From Lysobacter sp. (GTDB lineage Bacteria; Pseudomonadota; Gammaproteobacteria; Xanthomonadales; Xanthomonadaceae), in contig JABFWF010000157.1 of the NCBI GenBank assembly GCA_013362405.1, forward strand, positions 1-63,232: a stretch of 63,232 bases of DNA, read 5' to 3'. Within the stretch, counting starts at the first letter, position 1, and every line of letters begins with the position of its first letter. Both the position numbers and the translations under genes were made by a program. Positions 18,663-28,187 of this stretch are shown here, piece after piece. The notes beneath the pieces are model-generated. The model saw only the letters and a program-made list of their open reading frames with translations, was not told where the DNA came from and searched no databases.

Positions 18663-19234
18663 GCCGCGCGGATGCGGATCCGGCGGCGCATGGGGAACCG
18701 GCCTGGGTCGGGGACGTGCTCGGCTTCTGGTTCGGCCTTCCGCGCGCGCGGTGGTGGCGCAAGGACGCGGAGTTCGACGCCCTGGTCCGCGCGCGCTTCC
18801 TCGGCCTGCACGGGGCGCTGCGCGCCGCGCCGTCGGCGGCCATGACGTCGCCGCGCGAAGCGCTCGCCGCGGTCATCGCGCTCGACCAGTTCGCCCGCAA
18901 CATCTTCCGGGACGATCCGCGCGCGTACGCCGGCGATGCGCTGGCGCGGCGGATCGCGCTCGCCGCGATCGACGCCGGCTGGGATGTCGGCCTGGCGGAC
19001 GAGGAGCGCCTGTTCCTGTACATGCCGCTGGAACACAGCGAGGATCTCGCCGACCAGCGGCGCGCGGTCGCGCTGATGCGCGCGCTCGGCGACGAGGAAT
19101 GGACCCACTTCGCCGAGGCGCATTGCCGGATCATCGAGCGCTTCGGTCGCTTTCCCCATCGCAACGCGATCCTTGGCCGCGCATCGACCGCGGAGGAAGA
19201 AGCGTCGCTGCACGAGCCGATGGGCCGGTTCTGA
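18659..19234 (+). CDS. DUF924-family protein
   Basis: WFG..RWWRKD..FD..LDQFARNIFR..MPLEHSE..RFGRFPHRN. Its ATG overlaps the TGA of the TIR gene (ATGA). Confidence 0.8.
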   Translation: MSRADADPAAHGEPAWVGDVLGFWFGLPRARWWRKDAEFDALVRARFLGLHGALRAAPSAAMTSPREALAAVIALDQFARNIFRDDPRAYAGDALARRIALAAIDAGWDVGLADEERLFLYMPLEHSEDLADQRRAVALMRALGDEEWTHFAEAHCRIIERFGRFPHRNAILGRASTAEEEASLHEPMGRF

Positions 19235-19245
19235 GCCCCCTTTTA

Positions 19246-19698
19246 CTACTGCACCACCAGTTGCCCCGTCATCTGCGCGAGGTGGCCCGGCGAGGTGCAG
19301 AAGAAGCGGTAGGCGCCGCCGCTCTTGAGGGCGCTGCCGGGGAAGCTCGTGCCCGTGGACTGGCCGCCACCGACCAGCTTCGTCGCCGCGATGACGCGGG
19401 GATCGCCCGGCTTGACATAGTTCGCCGCCGGACCGGCCTGGGCGCCGTCCTGGGCGATGCCCTGCACCGCGTCGGCGGCGCCGATCACCACGTTGTGGCC
19501 CATCGTCTGCACCGGCAGGTGGCCGGTGTGGGCGAGCCGGACGGTGACTTCCGTGCAGGCCGAGCCCACGGTGACGCTGTGCTGGTCGTAGCCCATGGTG
19601 TCGCCGACCTTGAGGTCGATGCTGCAGGAGGCGGCGTGGGCGGAGCCGAAGGCGGACGCTGCGATGGCAAGCGTGATGGCAAGGAAGAGAGCGCGCAT
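19246..19698 (-). CDS. azu: azurin
   Basis: Signal peptide, MGHNVV, and the Cu ligands in FFCTSPGHLAQMTG. Confidence 0.85.
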   Translation of the reverse strand: MRALFLAITLAIAASAFGSAHAASCSIDLKVGDTMGYDQHSVTVGSACTEVTVRLAHTGHLPVQTMGHNVVIGAADAVQGIAQDGAQAGPAANYVKPGDPRVIAATKLVGGGQSTGTSFPGSALKSGGAYRFFCTSPGHLAQMTGQLVVQ

Positions 19699-19725
19699 GG
19701 GTTGCTCCTTTTCTGGAAGAGGTGG

Positions 19726-21111
19726 CTACAGGGCGAGCCACACGTAGAGGAAGGTGGTGTTGTTGTCGTGGGCACTGCGGCCGGCGCCGTCGATGTTCCG
19801 CGTCGCGCCGCTGAAGCGCGTGTAATACGTGTACTGCAGACCGACGCGAAGGTTCACCCACGGTCGTGCCCATGAGTCGGCCTTGCCGAAGGGATTCCAG
19901 TCGAGTTCGACGATGCCGCCGCGCGTGTCGGGCTTCCCTGTATCGGCGTACAACAGCGCATCGCGGCTGCCGTCATAGGCGAAGACGCCCGTGGTGGCGC
20001 CCCAGGTGTTGCGGTACCAGTAGCTGCCGGTGAGGTTGTAGGCGCGCAGCGTGTCGTCGCGATGCTCGGCGTCGCCTGCGGGGAAGCTCGCGTCGAGCCG
20101 CTGGCGCTCGTGCACCACGAGGGCGTTGACCGTGAACGCGTGCGTGCCGTCGCCGAGGTTCTGGTAGCTCGCGTCGACGCCGAGATCGCGGAAGCGGTCC
20201 GACGGACCAGGCAGGGGCTCGACCCGCCCGGCGGCGTCCTGCGTGGTCAGGCCACGCCGCGCCGAGAGCACGAACGCACCGAGCGTGACGTTGCCGCCCC
20301 AGGCATTCCAGCTGCGCGTGAGCCGCGCGTAGGGCGCGAGGCCCGACAGGCGTCCGCCATAGTCGGCGTTGACGTGGCGCAGGAATGCCGGCGACAGCGT
20401 GCGGTAGCCGCCGACCTCGACATACCAGCGCCCGTCGATCTGCGCATAGGCCGTCGCGCCGACGACCTGGCCGGCGAGGCCGCCGAACAGCAGCGGTGCC
20501 GCCGGCGCACCGGGCGCGAGGTCCGGCGCCATGTACGGGTATTGCCACGCCGGCGCGGTGTTGAGCACGTCGGTGACGGTCGGATTGTTGTTGAGCGTCA
20601 CGCCCCACAGGCCGTTGTGGTGCGCGCCGCCGAAGCTGCGCGCGTAGCGCAGGTCCACGTTGTCCCAGCCCAGCACGGAACCGTTCTCGCTGTAGGTCGC
20701 CTGGGCGAAGACGCCGAGGTGCTCCGCCATGCGGCCGGCGAGGAACACCGACGCCTGCTGCAACTCGCTGTTGTCGTTGCGGGCGAAGTGCCGGGCCGGC
20801 GGATCCGTCTGGTCGCGCGCGGTGTGCGTCCACGATTCGACCACCATCGCCGACAGCGGCAAGTGGCTGGTGTCGCCGACCTTGAGCGTGTAGCCGGACA
20901 GCTTGAACTGGCGCCCGAATGGCGTGAGCTGAGGGCCGAAACCGCCGACGTGGCAACCGGTGCACGGTTGCTGCGTCTGCCGTGCGAAGGCGGGGACTGC
21001 ACCGCTGTCGGGCGCGTGCAGCGCGCCCAGCGCCAGCAGGACCGCGCCCAGCAGGCGAAACGATCGCTGCGCCCGCGACGATGCTGGAATGCCACCGGTG
21101 CTTCTGCCCAT
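19726..21111 (-). CDS. putative outer-membrane beta-barrel-like protein with an N-terminal CxxCH haem motif
   Basis: Signal peptide, QQPCTGCHVGGFGPQLTPFGR, then a long Gly/Tyr/Asn/Thr-rich region with alternating hydrophobicity ending in YVWLAL. It sits 27 nt upstream of azurin. Confidence 0.65.
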   Translation of the reverse strand: MGRSTGGIPASSRAQRSFRLLGAVLLALGALHAPDSGAVPAFARQTQQPCTGCHVGGFGPQLTPFGRQFKLSGYTLKVGDTSHLPLSAMVVESWTHTARDQTDPPARHFARNDNSELQQASVFLAGRMAEHLGVFAQATYSENGSVLGWDNVDLRYARSFGGAHHNGLWGVTLNNNPTVTDVLNTAPAWQYPYMAPDLAPGAPAAPLLFGGLAGQVVGATAYAQIDGRWYVEVGGYRTLSPAFLRHVNADYGGRLSGLAPYARLTRSWNAWGGNVTLGAFVLSARRGLTTQDAAGRVEPLPGPSDRFRDLGVDASYQNLGDGTHAFTVNALVVHERQRLDASFPAGDAEHRDDTLRAYNLTGSYWYRNTWGATTGVFAYDGSRDALLYADTGKPDTRGGIVELDWNPFGKADSWARPWVNLRVGLQYTYYTRFSGATRNIDGAGRSAHDNNTTFLYVWLAL

Positions 21112-21364
21112 CGAACGCCTCCCATGAACCACGCGCGACGCGGCACCTGTGCGGCATGCACACCGCCTGCGTGTCGTGGCCATGGGTTTATTCCGGTCAG
21201 TCGCCCAACGGGCGTGACCGTCCGTCGGAGCCTGCCGGCGGCATGCGTCCCCGAACCTTCCACCATTTCCGGCGCGGGCGTGGGATTTCCCTGATTTTTA
21301 CGTAGTGGGCGCCTCGGTACCGCATTCCGTTGCTAGGGTCTGCTTCCACACGGAGGAGGACGCC

Positions 21365-21820
21365 ATGAAGGCTCGGGAAATCGCACTGTTGTTGGCTTGC
21401 GGCATCGCATCGACGGGCGCCGCGGCGCAGACCATCTATACCTGCAACGCCGCCGGCGGCGGCCGCGGCTATCAGGACGCGCCGTGCGCTTCGACCGGCA
21501 TGCGCCCGCAGGCCGAGCGCACCTTCGCCACCCCGCGCGACGCCCCCGATGCGGCGCGCCGGCTGGAGGCGATCGACCGCCAGGTGCACGCAGGATGGGA
21601 GCGCGACCGCGATCGCTGGGCCGGTGCAGGCGCATCCGTGCGCCGGCGCGGGGTGGCATTGCGGCGCGCGTCGGATGCCGCGCCCGACGCGCGCGACCTC
21701 GCGCGGCAGCGATGCCAGGTTGCCCGTGACAGCGTCGATCGCATGTCCCGTGGGCGCCACGCGCATCCGCGGCGCGGGGAGATGGAACAGGCGGCGGTCG
21801 ACGCCTGTTTCGCGCTGTAG
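21365..21820 (+). CDS. DUF4124-like secreted protein
   Basis: Signal peptide followed by IYTCNAAGGGRGYQDAPC. GGAGGAGGA SD upstream. Confidence 0.6.
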   Translation: MKAREIALLLACGIASTGAAAQTIYTCNAAGGGRGYQDAPCASTGMRPQAERTFATPRDAPDAARRLEAIDRQVHAGWERDRDRWAGAGASVRRRGVALRRASDAAPDARDLARQRCQVARDSVDRMSRGRHAHPRRGEMEQAAVDACFAL

Positions 21821-21823
21821 CCT

Positions 21824-22480
21824 TCAGTCGCGATCCGGCGCGCCGAGCGGAAAGTACGGGCGGAACGGGCGCGCCTCGTCCACCGCGCGCGCGAACGACG
21901 GCCGCGCGAGCAGGCGCGCGCGGTAGGCGCGCAGGTTCGCGAAGGATCCCGGGATCGGGTGCGTCCAGTCCGCGTAGAACAGGAACGGCGCGGCCGCGCA
22001 GTCGGCGAGGCTGAAGGCGCCCGCCGCCCATTCGCGGCCGGCCATGTGCCGGTCCAGCCACGCGTAGGCGGTTTCCAGCATCGCGCGCGCCTCGGAGACG
22101 CCATGCGCATCGCGCACCGCCTCCGGCCGCAGGCGGTCGAACACGACCTTCTGCTGCGGCGTCGAGACGTAGTTGTCGAAGATGCGGTCGAGCATGCGCA
22201 CCTGCAGCGCGGCGTCCGGATCCGCCGGAACCAGCCGCGACGTGCCGCGATGGTGCAGGTCGAGGTATTCGACGATGCAGGTCGCCTCGAGGACGGTGCG
22301 GTCGCCGTCCACCAGCACCGGGAAACGCTGCATCGGCCATAGCGCCGCGAGTTCGGCTTGCGCCGCAGGATCCTCCAGGCTGCGGTACTCGAAGGGCGTG
22401 CCGTGCTCGTACAGCGCGATCAGCGCCTTCTGCGAGTAGGACGAGAACGGATGCGCGTACAGGCGGGGCAGGGTGGGCAT
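21824..22480 (-). CDS. glutathione S-transferase
   Basis: 218 aa (LYAHPFSSYSQKALIAL...FPVLVD...). GST N- and C-domain pattern. Confidence 0.8.
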   Translation of the reverse strand: MPTLPRLYAHPFSSYSQKALIALYEHGTPFEYRSLEDPAAQAELAALWPMQRFPVLVDGDRTVLEATCIVEYLDLHHRGTSRLVPADPDAALQVRMLDRIFDNYVSTPQQKVVFDRLRPEAVRDAHGVSEARAMLETAYAWLDRHMAGREWAAGAFSLADCAAAPFLFYADWTHPIPGSFANLRAYRARLLARPSFARAVDEARPFRPYFPLGAPDRD

Positions 22481-22569
22481 CGTGGTGGCTCCGGCGGGTG
22501 ATGCAGGGGCGACGAATGGAAGGATCGCAAATCGACGAGCCTTCGCCACCGGCGCGCAGCGCCTGCCCG

Positions 22570-22637
22570 GTGGGAGCGGCTTGCAGCCGCGAGCTCTTTC
22601 CCTGGTAGCCAAGCTCGCGGCTGCAAGCCGCTCCGAC
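22570..22637. repeat. REP-type palindromic element
   Basis: GTGGGAGCGGCTTGCAGCCGCGAGC ... GCTCGCGGCTGCAAGCCGCTCCGAC hairpin in the intergenic region. Confidence 0.7.
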
Positions 22638-22706
22638 GGGAATGGTTTGGGGCGACGGCGTCTGGCGATCGCCATTCGTCTTCTGTCGCGAGGGAGCGTG
22701 CCTCCA

Positions 22707-23849
22707 CTACCTGGCCCGCGCCAGGCACCGCCGGTAGCGCTGGTCGACGCGCTGGGCGAACCACGCGGTCGTGAGGTGGCGGGTGATCTTGGGGCTTTCC
22801 AGCGTGATGCGCGGCAGGATCGCGCGCGGCAGGCGGCGGTGCGCATGCTGCTCGGCGAGCGCGAACACGCGCTGGTACAGCGGGCTTTGCTCGAAGCCGG
22901 GACGTTCGCCGTCCTGCAGCGCACGCGCGATCTGCGCGGGTTCGAGCTGCAGCTGCCAGGCGATGCCGCGCAGCGCCGCTTCGGTTTCCGCCGGGCCGCC
23001 GTCATAGCGGACGAGGTCGCCGTCGAGCGGGATGCGGATGCCGGACGCGACCTGCAGCGCCTGCTGGAAAGCCGCGTTGCGGCTGGCGTAGAAGCCGGCG
23101 TTGTAGTCGGCGAAGCGATACAGCATCTGCGGGTAGGCCACCGGATAGTCGAGCAGGTGCGCGATGCCGAAGTACAGCCCGCCGCGGCGGGCGAACACCT
23201 CATGCCGGATGCTGCCCCCGACCGGATACGGATAACCCTGCCGGCGCGCGAACTGCTCGGCGAAGGCGACGTCGACCTGCATTGGCCCGCCCGTGTGCAC
23301 CGGGTTGCCGCCCGCCAGCAGGCGTCGGCCGAGTGGCACCGAGCCGATGAAGTCCTCGTAGATCAGGCTCAGGTCCTGCTCGGTGCGCGCGCCGGCGAGG
23401 CGGTCGGCGTAGGAGCGCCCGTCGGGCGACGTGAATCGCAGCGCGGCGTGCACCAGGAAGGCGGGGATGCCGTGCTCGCCGGCGCGGCGATCGAGCTCGG
23501 CGAGCGCGATGTCGCCGAGCCGCGGCACCGGCGGATCGACCACGTAACCGGATTCCTGCTCGGCGATCGCCAGCGTGGCGCACAGGTTCTGCGTGCTGGG
23601 TTCGATCTTCAACGTGGCGAAGGCGACCTGGATATCGCTGGCCCAGCCGGCACGGTCGGACACGCGCGCCGGCAACAGGCGGACGATGCGGGCGCGCACT
23701 TCCTCCGGCTTCGGCGGCGCGGGCGAGCGTGAGCAGGCGGCCGCCAGCGCGACGAAGCTGGCAAGCACGAGAGTGCGCAGGTGGCGCGAGGCGCCGCGAC
23801 GGGAGGTGGAGCGCCTGGGCGGCAATCCCGGGCGAGGGCGATGGGCCAT
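22707..23849 (-). CDS. DUF1615-like lipoprotein
   Basis: Lipobox (LAAAC). Conserved AIAEQESGY..GPMQV..FADYNAG. Alternative start at 23879. Confidence 0.65.
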   Translation of the reverse strand: MAHRPRPGLPPRRSTSRRGASRHLRTLVLASFVALAAACSRSPAPPKPEEVRARIVRLLPARVSDRAGWASDIQVAFATLKIEPSTQNLCATLAIAEQESGYVVDPPVPRLGDIALAELDRRAGEHGIPAFLVHAALRFTSPDGRSYADRLAGARTEQDLSLIYEDFIGSVPLGRRLLAGGNPVHTGGPMQVDVAFAEQFARRQGYPYPVGGSIRHEVFARRGGLYFGIAHLLDYPVAYPQMLYRFADYNAGFYASRNAAFQQALQVASGIRIPLDGDLVRYDGGPAETEAALRGIAWQLQLEPAQIARALQDGERPGFEQSPLYQRVFALAEQHAHRRLPRAILPRITLESPKITRHLTTAWFAQRVDQRYRRCLARAR

Positions 23850-23944
23850 CGATCGAACGCTGTGTCTTGGAAACGCCACATGATGGCAGCAGCGGATGCG
23901 GCTAGGCTGCCGCGCTCGCGCATCCCGCGCGGAAGGAGACGGCG

Positions 23945-24544
23945 ATGCGCATCCTGCTGGTCGGCGGCCGCGGCACGATCGGCCGCGCGGTGGCGGCGGA
24001 ACTCGCGCCCCGGCATGAAGTGATCGAGGCCGGCCGCAACAGCGGCACCGTCGCGCTCGACCTGGCCGACGGCAAGAGCGTGCGGCGCGCGCTGGATTCG
24101 CTCGGGCCGCTCGATGCCATCGTCTCCGCCGCGGGCCATGTCGGCTGGGGGCCGTTGCTCGAGCTCACCCCCGCGCAGTGGGACTTCAGCGTCAGCAACA
24201 AGCTGATGGGGCAGGTGGTGCTCGCACTGGTCGGCGCGGAATTCCTGCGCGACGGCGGCTCGATCACGCTCACCTCGGGCGTGCTGGTGGACGAGCCGGT
24301 GGTCGGCGGTGCCGCCGCGAGCCTGGCCAACGGCGGCATCGAGGCCTTCGTGCGTGCCGCCGCGATCGAGCTGCCGCGTGGCTTGCGCATCAACGCGGTC
24401 AGTCCCGGCGTCGTGCGCGAGTCGGGCGATGACTATGCATCGGTCTTCCGGGGCTTCGAACCCGTGCCGGCAGCGCGCGTCGCGCTCGCCTACAGCCGTT
24501 CCGTCGAGGGCGCCGATACCGGCAAGGTATACGCGGTGCGCTAG
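23945..24544 (+). CDS. short-chain dehydrogenase/reductase
   Basis: MRILLVGGRGTIGRAV Rossmann motif; 199 aa. Confidence 0.75.
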   Translation: MRILLVGGRGTIGRAVAAELAPRHEVIEAGRNSGTVALDLADGKSVRRALDSLGPLDAIVSAAGHVGWGPLLELTPAQWDFSVSNKLMGQVVLALVGAEFLRDGGSITLTSGVLVDEPVVGGAAASLANGGIEAFVRAAAIELPRGLRINAVSPGVVRESGDDYASVFRGFEPVPAARVALAYSRSVEGADTGKVYAVR

Positions 24545-24553
24545 CGCGGGCCG

Positions 24554-25039
24554 TCAGTGCAGGTCGACGCGCGCCGCCTTGTCGCCGGCCTCGCGTCGGG
24601 GATCCGCGCCGAACAGCACCTTGAGGCCGGTCAGCAGGCTCGACGTGTTTTCCCAGATCTCGGCGTGGTCGGCGTCGAAACGCAGCAGGGCCAGGCTCGG
24701 ATCGTCCTTGCCGCCGTCGTACCAAGTGGCGACGAAGGGATTCCACAGGCGGTCGACCATCGTGCGGTCGGTGTCCAGGCGCAACTCGCCACCGATGCTG
24801 GCGAAGAGATCATGGTCCTTGGCGACGAAGCTCGCGTGCGCGGCGACGCCCTGGTCGAGCTGGCCGACGAGCGCGTTGTCGCGCGTGGTGAAAAACCAGA
24901 TCGGCCCGCGCGCTTCCTCGAATTGCGCCGTCATCGGCCGCGCGTGTCCGCCTTCGCCGACATCGAGGCCGAGCATCACCGTGCGGTCCGACTTCAGTGC
25001 ATCCCAGAACTTGTCCTCGAGTTCGCGTGGCGTGGGCAT
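24554..25039 (-). CDS. pyridoxamine 5'-phosphate oxidase-fold general stress protein
   Basis: FWDALKSDRTVMLGL...RPMTAQ...IWFFT pattern. Start taken at MPTPRE. Confidence 0.7.
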   Translation of the reverse strand: MPTPRELEDKFWDALKSDRTVMLGLDVGEGGHARPMTAQFEEARGPIWFFTTRDNALVGQLDQGVAAHASFVAKDHDLFASIGGELRLDTDRTMVDRLWNPFVATWYDGGKDDPSLALLRFDADHAEIWENTSSLLTGLKVLFGADPRREAGDKAARVDLH

Positions 25040-25306
25040 GGCGGTTCCTGCGTGGATGGATGCGCCCGTTTGTAGCGCGCGCCGGATCAGCGCGATGGCA
25101 AGGCGCCGCGCATTCATCGCGAGCGCGCGCATTCATTGAGGGAAACAGCGCAGCGCGTCCGATTTCCCTGCGCTGAAACGCGCTAGCGTCCTTCCTGCAA
25201 GGGGGATCCGGTAGTGCAAGGTTCGGTCGGGGACGCGGCCGCTGGGGAGCAGCGGGCGGCGGCGCAGCAAGACATCTTCCAGCAACGTTCCGCGCGGTTG
25301 CGCCGG

Positions 25307-27760
25307 ATGCTGTCCGCGTGCGCGTGGAACGTGACGTGCGCGCTCGCGCTGCTGGTCGCGGCGCCGGCATTCGCGGGCACGCGCGACGTCGAGCCGGGCA
25401 CCCTGCCGCACCTGCAGCCAGGCGAAGGCCTGCTGCTGGTCGAGGCGGATACGGACGTCGCGCTCGCCTCGCTGCAGCTGGCGCCGCTGGATGGCGACAG
25501 CGTCGAGGCCCTGCACGTGGCCGATGCCGGCGTGACGGCGCGCCTGCTCGTGCTGCCCGCGGGGCGCTACATGTGGCGCAACGCCACCCTGCAGTCCGGT
25601 CGCCGCTTCAGCTTGGGCAACACGCGCGACGAGGCTTTCGACGTCGCGCCCGGCCGGGTCACCTACGCCGGCGACCTGGTGCTGCGGGTCAAGGGCCGCG
25701 ACGGGATGAGCTTCGAGGTCGCCAACCGCGGCCTGCGCGCGATCGACTGGCTGCACGCGCGCTACCCGCAGCTCGCGCAGGCGCTGCCGGTGGTGTATTC
25801 GGGCCACTATCCGGATCCGTTCCCCGCGTTCTACGCGCGCGAGCGCGCCGCCTCCGCGCTCGCCGACGACGCGCTGTCCACGGTGCTGGCGCCGCCCGCG
25901 CCGGGCCCCCTGCCGCTGTCGCCGCTCGACCTCTGGCACTACCGCCGCGTCGACGGCGCCAGCCTCAACCCGGCCGGCGACCTGGTGGTCGAGAACGTGC
26001 ACGAGAGCGACGCGCTGTGGGCGCTCGACCTCGTCGATCTGTCCTCGCGCGCGCGCGTGCGGCTGGCGACGAGCGCGCAGCGCTTCGGTTCGATCGATTG
26101 GGCGGGCGACCGCGTGCTGCTCGCCGGCACCGGCGACGACAGCACGCGCGAGCGCGTCTCGCTGTTCGACATCCGTACCGCGGCCGGCGTGGCGCCGACC
26201 TTCGCGCAGACGCGGCTCCCCGACGACGGCCACGTGCTGGCCACGCGCACGGACGTGCCGGGCCGGATCCTGTTCGAGCGCCGCGGCGCGTTCGGCCGGC
26301 TCGAGGTGGTGGCGCTCGACATCGGCCTGCGCGACGGTGCGCGGCGTTTCCAGGCCGAGCTGCGCGGGCGCCTCGCCGCCGCCGCGGACCCCGACATCGG
26401 CTGGTTCGCCGACGCCCACGGGCGCGTGCGCGCGGCGACGCTGCACCGCGACGACGGCACGCTCGCGCTGATGTACGGCGAGGGCACGCGCTTCGACGAG
26501 GTACTGCCGCTGCGCGACGACGGCGGCTTCCGCCCGCTCGGGCTGTCCGACGACGGCCAATACGTGTTCGGCCTCAGCGACGAAGGCAGCGCGCAGCGCG
26601 ACCTGGTCGCCTTCGACCCGAAGCAGGGGCGGGTGGTGCGCACGCTGTTCCGCAAGCCCGGCACCGACGTGCAGGATGCCGTGCTCGACGCGCAGGGCCA
26701 GCCGATCGGCGCGACCTACTTCGACCAGGGCCACCGTGTCACCGCCTTCCTCGACCCCGCGCTGCAGCCGCTGCAGGCGGTGCTGGCGCGCGCGTTCCCG
26801 GACCGCTCGCTGCAGGTGGCCGGTCGCAGCGACGACGGCCGCACGCTGCTGCTGTGGGTGGAGGCGAGCGACCAGCCGGCGACGCTGTACCGCTACGACG
26901 TCGCCAGCGCGCAGGCGAGCCTCGTCGACGTCGCCGCGCCGTGGCTGCAGGGCCGCGAATTCGTGCCGAGCGTGCCGTTGCAGGCACGCAGTCGCGATGG
27001 CCTGCCGGTCGAGGCCTTCCTCACCCTGCCGCGCGGCGCGGGACGGCATGCGCTCGTGGTGTTGCCGCACGGCGGCCCGATCGGCGTCAGCGACCATCGG
27101 CTGTTCAACCCGGAGGTGCAGTTCCTCGCCTCGCTCGGTTACGCCGTGCTGCAGGTCAACTTCCGCGGTTCGGACGGCTACGGCACCGCTTTCCGCGAAG
27201 CCGGCTACCACGCCGGGGGCACCGCGATCGAGGACGACATCGACGCCGCGCTGCAGGTCGCGCTCGCGCGCTACCCGCTCGACGCATCGCGCATGTGCGT
27301 CATGGGCAGCAGCTACGGCGGCTACTCCGCGCTGCAGTCGGCGGCGCGCTGGCCGGGGCGCTTCCGCTGCGCGGTGTCGATCGCGGGGATCACCGACCGC
27401 ATGCTGTTCTTCACCGCCAGCGATTCAGGCAACAGCGCGCGGACGCGCGCCGAACTGGAGCGCCTGGTCGGCGACCCGCGCCGCGAATATGCCGAGATGC
27501 TCGCGACCTCGCCGCTGTACCGCTACCGTGCGCTGACCCTGCCGGTGATGCTGGTGCACGGCCGCGAGGACACCCGCGTCGACTACGAGCACGCGCGGCG
27601 GCTGGTGCGCATGCTCAACCTCGCCGGGCATCCGCCGGTGATGCTCAGCTTCGACAACGAAGGCCACAACTGGCGCGAGCTCGCCGACATCGCGACGGCG
27701 TACCGCGGCGTCGCGGGGTTCCTGCGCGCATACCTCGGGGAACCGGAACGACTTCAGTGA
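25307..27760 (+). CDS. S9-family serine peptidase (prolyl oligopeptidase/DPP type)
   Basis: Signal peptide, a beta-propeller region, then HGGP..VNFRGS.GYG and the nucleophile elbow GSSYGGY. Alternative start at 25214. Confidence 0.85.
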   Translation: MLSACAWNVTCALALLVAAPAFAGTRDVEPGTLPHLQPGEGLLLVEADTDVALASLQLAPLDGDSVEALHVADAGVTARLLVLPAGRYMWRNATLQSGRRFSLGNTRDEAFDVAPGRVTYAGDLVLRVKGRDGMSFEVANRGLRAIDWLHARYPQLAQALPVVYSGHYPDPFPAFYARERAASALADDALSTVLAPPAPGPLPLSPLDLWHYRRVDGASLNPAGDLVVENVHESDALWALDLVDLSSRARVRLATSAQRFGSIDWAGDRVLLAGTGDDSTRERVSLFDIRTAAGVAPTFAQTRLPDDGHVLATRTDVPGRILFERRGAFGRLEVVALDIGLRDGARRFQAELRGRLAAAADPDIGWFADAHGRVRAATLHRDDGTLALMYGEGTRFDEVLPLRDDGGFRPLGLSDDGQYVFGLSDEGSAQRDLVAFDPKQGRVVRTLFRKPGTDVQDAVLDAQGQPIGATYFDQGHRVTAFLDPALQPLQAVLARAFPDRSLQVAGRSDDGRTLLLWVEASDQPATLYRYDVASAQASLVDVAAPWLQGREFVPSVPLQARSRDGLPVEAFLTLPRGAGRHALVVLPHGGPIGVSDHRLFNPEVQFLASLGYAVLQVNFRGSDGYGTAFREAGYHAGGTAIEDDIDAALQVALARYPLDASRMCVMGSSYGGYSALQSAARWPGRFRCAVSIAGITDRMLFFTASDSGNSARTRAELERLVGDPRREYAEMLATSPLYRYRALTLPVMLVHGREDTRVDYEHARRLVRMLNLAGHPPVMLSFDNEGHNWRELADIATAYRGVAGFLRAYLGEPERLQ

Positions 27761-27773
27761 TGCCGGGCATGCG

Positions 27774-28187
27774 TCATGGACCAGCCGTCGCTCCGGCAGG
27801 TCCCGCCGCGATGGCCTCCATTTCCACGCTTGCCCCCAGCGGCAGGCCGGCAACGGCGATGGTGGTCCCGGCGGGGTAAGGGGCGCGGAAGTGGCACGCG
27901 TAGATCGCATTGAATCGCGCGAAGTCGTCCATGCGGGCGAGGTAGACATTGACCTTGATCACGTCATCGAAGCCGAGTCCCGCTGCGTCGAGGACCGCCG
28001 CCATGTTCCGCAGTGCCTGCTCGACTTCGCGCTCGAAGCCGCCATCGACGAGCTTGCCCGTCCCGGGATCCAGGCCCACCTGGCCCGAGAGGTAAACCAG
28101 GCGCGATCCCTGGCACGGTGCGCGAACGGCTGGGGAAAACGGCGCCAGTGGTGGGAGGCCGGGCACGACAATGGCGTCTCGATGCAT
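27774..28187 (-). CDS. RidA/YjgF-family protein
   Basis: LVYLSGQVGLDP...NVYL..MDDF..FNAIY...PAGTTIAV..LP.GASVEMEAIA. Confidence 0.85.
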   Translation of the reverse strand: MHRDAIVVPGLPPLAPFSPAVRAPCQGSRLVYLSGQVGLDPGTGKLVDGGFEREVEQALRNMAAVLDAAGLGFDDVIKVNVYLARMDDFARFNAIYACHFRAPYPAGTTIAVAGLPLGASVEMEAIAAGPAGATAGP

